Program-made: the position numbers and the translations under genes
The notes under the pieces: generated by a model
Told to the model about the DNA's origin: nothing
Databases searched by the model: none
The model's input: the letters and a program-made list of their open reading frames with translations, nothing else
Shown: positions 45,711-53,019 of the stretch, in pieces
How positions within the stretch are numbered: the stretch's first letter is position 1
Layout: each line of letters starts with the position of its first letter
From: a virus
Lineage: Duplodnaviria; Caudoviricetes
IMG/VR virus record: IMGVR_UViG_3300047509_000095
Location: 1-54,341 of that record
Direction: 5' to 3' (one strand)
Length of the DNA stretch: 54,341 nt

Positions 45711-46809
45711 AAAATATCTCCTCTACTCCGTGTCTAATTGCCTCGATGCCGAAGTCGATCTCGGCCTGAAGCTCGTCGTCATGCAAGTCCCCGATCTTCG
45801 GGCGCAGCATGTTCTGTGGTTGCACCAGGCGCCCGGCCCATCGCTTCGTGCGCTGGGCACCGGCGAACTGCAGCAGCCCCCGCGCGCGCTGGTCGCTTGA
45901 CACCCCGTGCACGATCGTCTTGTACTTGCTGGTGCTGGAGGACGATGCTTGCAGCCGGTTGGCGAGCAGCATGCGCAGCGCGACCGGCAAGTCCGGGTCG
46001 TCGATCCGGCGCTCGAGCGTTGACTTCTTCAGGTCGGGCAAGTCAACCCCGAAGCGCGCGAGCAGGAATTTCAGGAGCTTGTCGCGCTGCGTCGTCTTCT
46101 GGACCTCGCCATCGGTCAACTCGACCGTCTGCCGGGACAGCTTGGCCTGGGCGCGGGCCACGGCCTGAATGGCGGCGGCCGCGAAGTCGGTGTCCATCAG
46201 CGCCCCGCGATTATTTATTTTGGCGTCAAGGTGCCACAGGTCGAGCTCGGGGCCGCTGTAGTTCCACATCGGCAGCTTCTTATGGATCGCGCGCATTGGC
46301 GCGATGTCGTCAACGGCGTAGGTCTTGAACTGCTCCCAGCGCTCGGGGTGCGTGTGCCGCGTCGCGCGCGGCTTGCCCATCGGCTGGGGTTTGCAAAATA
46401 GCTGGATCAGCGCCTTGCCGTCTTTGTTCTTGCGCTGGTCCCGTGGCAGGCCCAGGATGTCCCCCAGCACGTCAAGGCCGCCCGGCATGCCGTGGGTCAG
46501 CGCTTGCGCCAGCGTGCAGCGAAACCGCTTCTGCTCGGTCAGCAGCTTCCATAGCGACGGGCGGCAGTACCGGATCACGGTGCCGTCGAACATGACATTG
46601 TGGAACCAGATCAGGATATCGCGGTCAGCGAGGATGTCTTCCAGATCGGACGGCATCTTCGGGTTCACGGTCAAGTCCCACAGGCTGGTCGGCCCGTCGC
46701 CTACGGCATAGGGCCACAGCATGATCTCCGATTTTTCCGCGTAGGCGTGGGTGCCGTCCTTGAGCGGGACTTCGGAAAAAGTCTCGAGATCCTGGAACGA
46801 GTCGATCAT
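45703..46809 (-). CDS. polA: Family A DNA polymerase, N-terminal half (3'-5' exonuclease and thumb)
   Basis: ExoI DLET, ExoII HN..FD, ExoIII YAVDD, IN.RG, F.GA.RT.RWAGR.VQPQN. Confidence 0.88.
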   Translation of the reverse strand: MIDSFQDLETFSEVPLKDGTHAYAEKSEIMLWPYAVGDGPTSLWDLTVNPKMPSDLEDILADRDILIWFHNVMFDGTVIRYCRPSLWKLLTEQKRFRCTLAQALTHGMPGGLDVLGDILGLPRDQRKNKDGKALIQLFCKPQPMGKPRATRHTHPERWEQFKTYAVDDIAPMRAIHKKLPMWNYSGPELDLWHLDAKINNRGALMDTDFAAAAIQAVARAQAKLSRQTVELTDGEVQKTTQRDKLLKFLLARFGVDLPDLKKSTLERRIDDPDLPVALRMLLANRLQASSSSTSKYKTIVHGVSSDQRARGLLQFAGAQRTKRWAGRLVQPQNMLRPKIGDLHDDELQAEIDFGIEAIRHGVEEIFYD

Positions 46810-47228
46810 GCTAAAGGCCGAAACACACACACAGCGGAAGGAAAGGGTGCGCTCGTCGCCGCGCCGCCAAACTTGAGGCGCCCCCGAATAAAGCGCACTT
46901 CACCCTTCGCGGCGTAGTCATGCCACCAAGCGGTGTCCGTGCGTGCCGGTACGAGGCACACCACGAGGGCGCCGTCCAATACCGACGACTCATAAGCCTT
47001 GCGCATCCAGTCGCCGATAGTGCGCCCGTATGGCGGGTTCATGAAGACAATTTCATCGGACCACGATTGCGTGAGCCCATCGTCCGATTCAGTGAAGTGT
47101 TTTTGTACGGTGGCGTTCTCGTGTGTGCAGCACGGGTCCAGTGTGAAATTAAACTCGGCGTTGAGCGCATCGAAAAAATCACGCGGGGTGTACCACTCTG
47201 GCGTAGCCGAGGAGAAATGCACGCTCAT
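46806..47228 (-). CDS. Phage DNA N6-adenine methyltransferase
   Basis: WYTP..FF..L..EF.F.LDPC, FMNPPYG, LVPARTDT.WW, FIRGRLKF...APFPS. Confidence 0.9.
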   Translation of the reverse strand: MSVHFSSATPEWYTPRDFFDALNAEFNFTLDPCCTHENATVQKHFTESDDGLTQSWSDEIVFMNPPYGRTIGDWMRKAYESSVLDGALVVCLVPARTDTAWWHDYAAKGEVRFIRGRLKFGGAATSAPFPSAVCVFRPLA

Positions 47229-47581
47229 ATCAACCTCAATTGTTCGGGTTCAGAAAACATCTCGATTTGCTCAGGGCACCAATAATTGCCACGCGACGCG
47301 TTCACCAAATACGGCACCACGCGCAAATTATTTGCAACGTGCAGACCACAAACCCGTTCATGCCGCAGCGGTATCTCGTGGTCGACCGTGTGCTTGATGC
47401 CGGTTAGCTCGGTCGCCATCGCGGCCAGCTTGTACACCTTGCGGATCTCGGAGAAATTGGCCCAGCTTGGGGTGGCGATGATCCGAGCGCGCAGCCAGCC
47501 GGTATAGAACGCGGGCGCCGCACCGGCGAGAAGGCGCACGCGCAACTGGCGGAAGGCTTTGGTGCCGAAGTGGTTGCTCAT
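47225..47581 (-). CDS. HNH-like endonuclease
   Basis: TP.WA, H.VDH.IPL...VCGLHV..NL...N...GN. Confidence 0.8.
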   Translation of the reverse strand: MSNHFGTKAFRQLRVRLLAGAAPAFYTGWLRARIIATPSWANFSEIRKVYKLAAMATELTGIKHTVDHEIPLRHERVCGLHVANNLRVVPYLVNASRGNYWCPEQIEMFSEPEQLRLI

Positions 47582-47859
47582 CGCTCCGTCTCCAAGTACA
47601 TGCCGGCGGGTGTGTCAGGGTCGATGCGCGTCTCCACCAGCACGGCGTGAGTGCGCGCAGCGCGCGGCCCGTACAGACGAAGGAACGCGCCGTGTTTGCC
47701 TTTGCGTGGCTTTGGCGCTTCGACCTGTTCGCGCGAATGCCAAGGGCGATTTCGGCAGTGGTGCCGGTAGCCATCTGGTGCGATGAGCGTCCAACGACCT
47801 TCGAGCGTTTGCTTCCACTCAAGGTCATCGGTGCCGCAGTATTTGCACTGATCACTCAT
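47578..47859 (-). CDS. Hypothetical Zn-finger protein
   Basis: CKYCG...W.....W.L......H.C. Confidence 0.6.
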   Translation of the reverse strand: MSDQCKYCGTDDLEWKQTLEGRWTLIAPDGYRHHCRNRPWHSREQVEAPKPRKGKHGAFLRLYGPRAARTHAVLVETRIDPDTPAGMYLETER

Positions 47860-48170
47860 TTTGGCCTGTACTCCAAAGGCACATCGTCGTGCGCAACACC
47901 TCGTGCGCGCGCCTGGTTGTAAATCCCGTGCGGGTGTTGCTCGCAGCACGGGTGCCATCTGTTATGCGGTATAGGCTCATTGTTCCGGCCCAGCGGGCCG
48001 TCGCAGTGGCACAGGTTCCGCTTGTGGTAATCCCGGTTCTCGATCCGCCAACCCTTACGGTTGCCACAGACCGGGCACTTCGGGACGACCTTGTAATCGT
48101 CCGGGTGCGTGTGCGTCACACGCCGGTGGCGGCAGCTTGATACGCGGCAACGGACGGAGTACGTGGTCAT
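47856..48170 (-). CDS. Hypothetical Cys/His-rich protein
   Basis: C..CRHR, CPVCG, CHCDG...PH...C; ATGA overlaps. Confidence 0.65.
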   Translation of the reverse strand: MTTYSVRCRVSSCRHRRVTHTHPDDYKVVPKCPVCGNRKGWRIENRDYHKRNLCHCDGPLGRNNEPIPHNRWHPCCEQHPHGIYNQARARGVAHDDVPLEYRPK

Positions 48171-48337
48171 GGCGTGTCAATGTGCGCCTGTACCGCGTCG
48201 GCCATGTCCTTCGGGTTTTCTTCCGTACAGATGGCGGTCGCGAGGGCCAGAGCTTCCACCATTGAATTAGCGGAAACCGTTGCGTCGGCGAGATCGCAAT
48301 TGCCATCGTCGTAAAAAGTGACCAGATAACGTTTCAT
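48167..48337 (-). CDS. Hypothetical protein (56 aa)
   Basis: AGGAGG RBS before MKRYLV. Confidence 0.6.
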   Translation of the reverse strand: MKRYLVTFYDDGNCDLADATVSANSMVEALALATAICTEENPKDMADAVQAHIDTP

Positions 48338-48436
48338 TTCACACCTCCTATAAAAACTTTTCTGTGGGGAGCCGATCACCCTTATTACTGGCCCGTGGTT
48401 GCTCGACGAGTAGTGTTCGCAAACGGCCCACCACAG

Positions 48437-48462
48437 AAAAGCCCTGCCCCGAAAGGCAGGAC
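48437..48462 (-). terminator. Intrinsic terminator after the SSB gene
   Basis: GTCCTGCCT-TTCG-GGGCAGGGC then TTTT on the minus strand. Confidence 0.65.
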
Positions 48463-48468
48463 AGAAAA

Positions 48469-49053
48469 TTACACGAACGAGTCCTCGACACTGCCCCCGC
48501 CGTCGAAGTCGGCGTCCGAGCCTTCGCCCAGGTCGTCGAACTCGTCGCCCTTCGACTTGCTGGCGCCGCCGAAGCTGTCACCATCACGCAGGAACTGGAC
48601 GCCTAACAACCCGCAGCGGATGCCGCAGTTCTCACCGTCTTGCGCGTAGATATCGATACTGGCATTCACGTAGCAGCCGCCGTACGGCTTGCCATCCTTG
48701 GCCGTCAGCGGTGCCTTGTTCACGTCCAGGATCAACGGTTGCCCGTCACTTTGCTTGCGGTGCCCGGCGATATACCACATGCCTTGGTAGCCGTCATAGT
48801 CCTTCAGATCGCCATTCTGGTAGCAGAACTTGTTCGTGTTGCCTTTCATGCCTTCAATCATCTGCTTGGCTTTCTTCGGCCACTTCTCCTCGGCCACTGC
48901 CATGATCGCGGCCTTAATCGCTTTGTCGTTGGCGCTGCCCGGCTCGATCAGGTACGTGGCACTGTGACGGAACGCACCCTTGCCTTGGTACTGCTCGGCC
49001 TCGAACAGCGACTGGCAGAACGAGATACGTACATCCTTGAGAACGACTTTCAT
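48469..49053 (-). CDS. DUF2815-family ssDNA-binding protein
   Basis: VRISF..LF, NGD.K, YGGCYVNASI, L.GVQF.RDG..FGG, acidic tail. Confidence 0.88.
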   Translation of the reverse strand: MKVVLKDVRISFCQSLFEAEQYQGKGAFRHSATYLIEPGSANDKAIKAAIMAVAEEKWPKKAKQMIEGMKGNTNKFCYQNGDLKDYDGYQGMWYIAGHRKQSDGQPLILDVNKAPLTAKDGKPYGGCYVNASIDIYAQDGENCGIRCGLLGVQFLRDGDSFGGASKSKGDEFDDLGEGSDADFDGGGSVEDSFV

Positions 49054-49082
49054 TGCTGTACTCCTTGGTGGTTGTGAAGCGT

Positions 49083-49577
49083 TTAGATCAAGCCCTTGAG
49101 CTTGTGGATAAAGTCCAGTTGGCAGCCCAGGACGACGGTTGGCGTTTCTTCTTTCAGTTTGCGCAGGCGCGCGACTTCTGCTTCGGCTTGCCGGATGCGC
49201 GAGTCGAGCAGATCGGCCACGGTGCGGATAATAATGGGTGATTCCTTGACGCCCACGACAGGCCATGCTGCCGCGCCGCGCATCGCTCTCTCAAGGCTAC
49301 CGATCGTTTCGCCTTGTGGTGCCTCTACGGCCAAACCGGCGACGTCGCGCGGGATATTCTGTGGATGGCTTGGCCCGCCGGACATAGTAAAAGGTCCGCT
49401 GGACCCGGCATAGTGCAAAGGCTTGGCGCCCGTAATCGGCGAGCGCGCTACGGCTGCGTGTAACCGTTCCGTGATAACTTCAGCGGCTCCCCTGAAGTTA
49501 TGGGGGTCGGTCGCCAAGATAAGACGCTTTGTTTCAGCGGCGCGGTGCGCCGCATCGGCCATTTCTTCCTCGTTCAT
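49083..49577 (-). CDS. Hypothetical protein (164 aa)
   Basis: ATGA overlap; operon position. Confidence 0.65.
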   Translation of the reverse strand: MNEEEMADAAHRAAETKRLILATDPHNFRGAAEVITERLHAAVARSPITGAKPLHYAGSSGPFTMSGGPSHPQNIPRDVAGLAVEAPQGETIGSLERAMRGAAAWPVVGVKESPIIIRTVADLLDSRIRQAEAEVARLRKLKEETPTVVLGCQLDFIHKLKGLI

Positions 49578-50962
49578 ACAAACTCGCTTTCTTCGCCCGT
49601 GGCGTCTGGTACTGCGTCAAAGTCATCCCCGACCGGCGTGACAACAACGGCCGGGCGCTTGTCACTGATCGGCGCCACGGAGAGCGCGCCGTCTGTTTGC
49701 GTGATCAGCGCCTTCAGCTTGGCCCAGCGCTTCGGTTGATCCTTCAGGAGCTTCTCGGCTACGGCTACCGAGATCAGGTCGAGCTTGTACATCTGCTCGA
49801 CCTTCAGCCGGAAGGACTTCATCAAGCGCTCGGCTTCCACCTCGTCGCCGAATTTCCGGTTGCCCTTCTTGCCTTGCACCAGCTTGCAGGTTTCGAAAGC
49901 GGCGCCGGCCAGGGCGCGCTTCTCGATCTCGCCACGCACCCCCTTGAGCCAGATCTCGACGAGGTCCAGGTTCGGGTAGAGCACGTCGAGCATGTGTTCG
50001 GTTGCGTCGTGCAGTTTTGCCTGCCCTAACTTGACCCGCTGTTCGAGCGCCGCTGCGCTCGCCGTAGTCGTGCTCAGGTCTTCAAAGTCCTGCGACACGA
50101 TATGGATGATGCTTTGGGTGAGGGCGTTGCACGAACCCTTTACCTTGCACCACCGGCACTGCTTCTTGCCCGGGGTGAAGTCCCACAGCGGGATAGGCGT
50201 ATCAGGGCTTTCCAGGTACAGCCGCGCCTGGTCGGCGGCCGCGCGGGCGCGGGCCGCGAACGCGAGCAGCTCGTCTACGTCGCACTCGTACTCGTCGAAG
50301 TGGTTCAGGCGCGGCTGGTAGATCGCCATGCTGATCTTCTTGAAGTCGTAGATGCTTGAGTACTGGTCGTAGGCGCCGAGGGCGTAGAGCATCATCTGCT
50401 CGTTGCCCTGGATGACGTCTTCCGAGAGTTGGTTCCCTTGCTCGCCGAATGTCGCCGGCTCGATCAACTGGCTCGCGTACACTTGCACGCCCATGCCGTA
50501 CTTCAGGTCGCCCACGTCGATCTGGGCGGTGCCGTCTGCCCACTCGACGATCAGCACCACGTCGCTGGTCCCGAACGCGTCGGGGTGGCCGATGTAGGCC
50601 GAGTAATCGACGCGGACTTCGACGAGCAGCTGCACGTTGACGGCGCCGGCGTCATAGAAAGCCTGAATGCGCGCGCGGATACGATCAACGTACGTCTGAA
50701 CGTGTCCGGCCATATCGTCATCGACCACGAATACACGCTCGCCGACTGTGATGTGGTCGTCAAGATGATCCTTGGCGAAGGCGCCCTCGCCGCGCTCCAG
50801 AACTTTGGCGCCCAGTTCGTGCGCCGCCGTGCCTTCGTCCGCAAACTCGCTGCTAGAGTCGGGCTTGCCCACCTCGCAGGCGAGCATCGGTGCGCAGCGC
50901 ATCCAGGCAGGCGCTTTGCTGGCGCTGAATAGGGCGTGCGCCTTTTCGGTGATGGCGGTCAT
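49574..50962 (-). CDS. DUF2800-family (Cas4-like/PD-(D/E)xK) nuclease
   Basis: HA.FSAS...W..C, A.EGTAAH, FGTSD, DLKYG.G, N.QM.LYALG, QPRL, CRWC...C. Confidence 0.88.
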   Translation of the reverse strand: MTAITEKAHALFSASKAPAWMRCAPMLACEVGKPDSSSEFADEGTAAHELGAKVLERGEGAFAKDHLDDHITVGERVFVVDDDMAGHVQTYVDRIRARIQAFYDAGAVNVQLLVEVRVDYSAYIGHPDAFGTSDVVLIVEWADGTAQIDVGDLKYGMGVQVYASQLIEPATFGEQGNQLSEDVIQGNEQMMLYALGAYDQYSSIYDFKKISMAIYQPRLNHFDEYECDVDELLAFAARARAAADQARLYLESPDTPIPLWDFTPGKKQCRWCKVKGSCNALTQSIIHIVSQDFEDLSTTTASAAALEQRVKLGQAKLHDATEHMLDVLYPNLDLVEIWLKGVRGEIEKRALAGAAFETCKLVQGKKGNRKFGDEVEAERLMKSFRLKVEQMYKLDLISVAVAEKLLKDQPKRWAKLKALITQTDGALSVAPISDKRPAVVVTPVGDDFDAVPDATGEESEFV

Positions 50963-51213
50963 GGCTTTTCGACCTGCTCGACGACGCACACTTGGCCATC
51001 GATATGCTTCGTTTCGTAGACCTTATCGACCATGTCCAGGCCATGCGCGGCGCCAAGGTCAGTCCAGAACTCCAGGCGTTGCTTTTGCAGCTCGCTGCGG
51101 TGGTTGGAGTGGTATTGCAGCGCCACGCGGAGGGTGTTTTCGTTCGCTTCTTCGTCGAAGCGCTGCTCGTCCAGCGTGCGAATCTGGTCGGCCGTAAGCG
51201 GAATCGGTGTCAT
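50959..51213 (-). CDS. Hypothetical protein (84 aa)
   Basis: GGAG RBS; ATGA overlap. Confidence 0.65.
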   Translation of the reverse strand: MTPIPLTADQIRTLDEQRFDEEANENTLRVALQYHSNHRSELQKQRLEFWTDLGAAHGLDMVDKVYETKHIDGQVCVVEQVEKP

Positions 51214-51258
51214 TTGTATCTCCGGTTGCGCGCCACCTGTCACGCGGCGCGCTGTTGA

Positions 51259-51723
51259 TTATGCGAACTCTTCGGCCGGCTCGGTTTGCGCGATGCTGTC
51301 GCGCGGGTCGAGCGTGCCGGCAAGGATTTGCGTTGCCATTTCGATCAGGCCGACCCACTGGGTTTCCTTCAGTTCGGTCGCCTTGGCCACGCCGAAGCGC
51401 GACATCATGGCGCGGGTGATCTCTGGCCCCTTCTCCTTGGCGACAGCCAAGACGGTGTTGCGGACCTCGTCAAAGGTCGTAGCGCCGGCAGCCGGTGCCT
51501 TCTCGGGCGCAGGCTCCTTCTTGGCCGAAGATTTTTGCGTTGCAGTATTCGGGGACGAAGCAGTCGCCGCAGCGGGCTTTTTTGCTTCGGGTTCCTTGGC
51601 CGGTGTGCTGCTCGACGCCTTGCCGGTGGCGAGCCATTCGGCCGTCTCGAGAGCCGACTCGATGCTATTGGCGGTGTAGCTGAACGAGGCGTGCACGCCC
51701 ATAACGTTACAAGTAATTTCCAT
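51259..51723 (-). CDS. Hypothetical protein (first gene of the replication arm)
   Basis: GGAG RBS; Ala/Pro/Lys linker followed by ..FGV.K.TEL, as seen in genes ahead of DUF2800. Confidence 0.7.
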   Translation of the reverse strand: MEITCNVMGVHASFSYTANSIESALETAEWLATGKASSSTPAKEPEAKKPAAATASSPNTATQKSSAKKEPAPEKAPAAGATTFDEVRNTVLAVAKEKGPEITRAMMSRFGVAKATELKETQWVGLIEMATQILAGTLDPRDSIAQTEPAEEFA

Positions 51724-51782
51724 GAAGGAATCTCCAAAATGTGGATGAAAAGAAATCGATTTATTTCCGTAAAGCAGATATG

Positions 51783-51812
51783 ATTTTATGTTTTGATTTA
51801 GAGCAATGTCAA
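51783..51812 (-). promoter_or_regulatory. Leftward sigma70 promoter
   Basis: TTGACA-18 nt-TAAAAT in the AT-rich divergent region. Confidence 0.7.
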
Positions 51813-51896
51813 GCTAAATATTCGCTGCGCTATATCAACACGCGGCAACACTCCCGCGTGCGCGGCTTTACAAACAATCATTTACTTAATTACTAG

Positions 51897-51932
51897 TTGT
51901 GATAGATCAAAACGGCAGCTATACTTGCCGTT
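51897..51932 (+). promoter_or_regulatory. Rightward sigma70 promoter with inverted repeat around -10
   Basis: TTGTGA-17 nt-TATACT; AACGGCA-N8-TGCCGTT flanks the -10. Confidence 0.65.
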
Positions 51933-51958
51933 AGTAATTTTTCCAGGAGCATGCCGTT

Positions 51959-52189
51959 ATGAGTCAAGACCCGCTGGCCGCTGTCTACGCCACCCGCCTC
52001 TCCAACCTGCGCGCGCTCGCTAAGGACAGCCAAAAGCTTTTGGCCAAGCAGCTCGGGGTTTCCCCTGCCAACTTGAACCAGCTGGTCAAGCCGGTGCCGA
52101 CGCGGCGCATCACTGAGGGGATCGCCCGCCGCTTTGAAGAAAAGCTTGGCCTGCAACACGGCTGGCTGGACATGACTCGCGGCGTATGA
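51959..52189 (+). CDS. Cro/CI-type HTH regulator (76 aa)
   Basis: R..NLR.L..SQ..LA..LGVSPA.LNQ...R.I....AR..E.KLGL..GWLD; AGGAG RBS. Confidence 0.8.
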   Translation: MSQDPLAAVYATRLSNLRALAKDSQKLLAKQLGVSPANLNQLVKPVPTRRITEGIARRFEEKLGLQHGWLDMTRGV

Positions 52190-52259
52190 GACTGCTGCGC
52201 TGCCACAGGTGCGGGCTGCTGTATAACCCGCTGCGAATCCATCGTTGCCCTCATTGCAA

Positions 52260-53015
52260 ATGAGCGACTACTACAACGAATTTGACCCGTACGTTGCGCA
52301 ATGGCTACGCAATCTAATTGCTGCTGGCCTGATCCCTGACGGCGTGGTCGATGAAAGCGATATCCGAGATGTCAACCCTGCCTACCTCATGCAGTTCAGA
52401 AGGTGCCATTTCTTCGCCGGCCTTGGTGGCTGGCCCCTCGCCTTGCAGCTTGCCGGCGTCCCAGACAGCGAACGCCTGTGGACTGGCTCGTGCCCCTGTC
52501 AACCTTTCAGCGTGGCAGGTCGAGGCCTTGGGTTTGCTGACGAGCGGCACCTGTGGCCTCATTGGCACTGGCTCATCGAACAGTGCCGCCCTGCAAAAAT
52601 ATATGGAGAGCAGGTTGCGAGCAAGGCTGCAGAGCCTTGGATCGACCTTGTACACGCTGACCTGGAAGGTCTGGGTTACGCCTTCGGGTGTGTCGCGTTC
52701 CCGTCTGCGGGCGTGGGCGCGCCCTGCGTCCGAGACAGAGCTTACTGGATGGCCCGCGCCCTACACCCCGAGGGAGAAGGATTCGGACCAATCGGCGTTC
52801 CGGTGGACCCCGAGCGGGCAGCAAACGAACCCGGTCCAGGCGATTTTTGGAAAACGGATGCGGTTATCCGATGTGCCGATGGAAGAACGCGGCCAATTAA
52901 ATCCAGCATTCAACCATTGGCTCCTGGGTATCCCGGGCGGTGTGGCGAACTGCGCGCCCTCGGGAACGCGATCAATGTTGAGCAAGCGCGCATCTTCATT
53001 GAAAGCTGCATGTGA
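52260..53015 (+). CDS. C5 cytosine DNA methyltransferase (alpha-type polypeptide, permuted motif order)
   Basis: YYNEFD, DIRDV, FFAGLGG, GSCPCQPFS, EQV, VGAP..R.R.Y, and motif X GNAI. Confidence 0.88.
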   Translation: MSDYYNEFDPYVAQWLRNLIAAGLIPDGVVDESDIRDVNPAYLMQFRRCHFFAGLGGWPLALQLAGVPDSERLWTGSCPCQPFSVAGRGLGFADERHLWPHWHWLIEQCRPAKIYGEQVASKAAEPWIDLVHADLEGLGYAFGCVAFPSAGVGAPCVRDRAYWMARALHPEGEGFGPIGVPVDPERAANEPGPGDFWKTDAVIRCADGRTRPIKSSIQPLAPGYPGRCGELRALGNAINVEQARIFIESCM

Positions 53016-53019
53016 CTGA
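52351..53019 (+). CDS. Alternative-frame overlapping ORF, putative methyltransferase beta subunit
   Basis: 222-codon open +1 frame nested in the MTase, with GWPAP and GQLNPAFNHWLLGIP (motif IX-like). Confidence 0.6.
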   Translation: MKAISEMSTLPTSCSSEGAISSPALVAGPSPCSLPASQTANACGLARAPVNLSAWQVEALGLLTSGTCGLIGTGSSNSAALQKYMESRLRARLQSLGSTLYTLTWKVWVTPSGVSRSRLRAWARPASETELTGWPAPYTPREKDSDQSAFRWTPSGQQTNPVQAIFGKRMRLSDVPMEERGQLNPAFNHWLLGIPGGVANCAPSGTRSMLSKRASSLKAACD

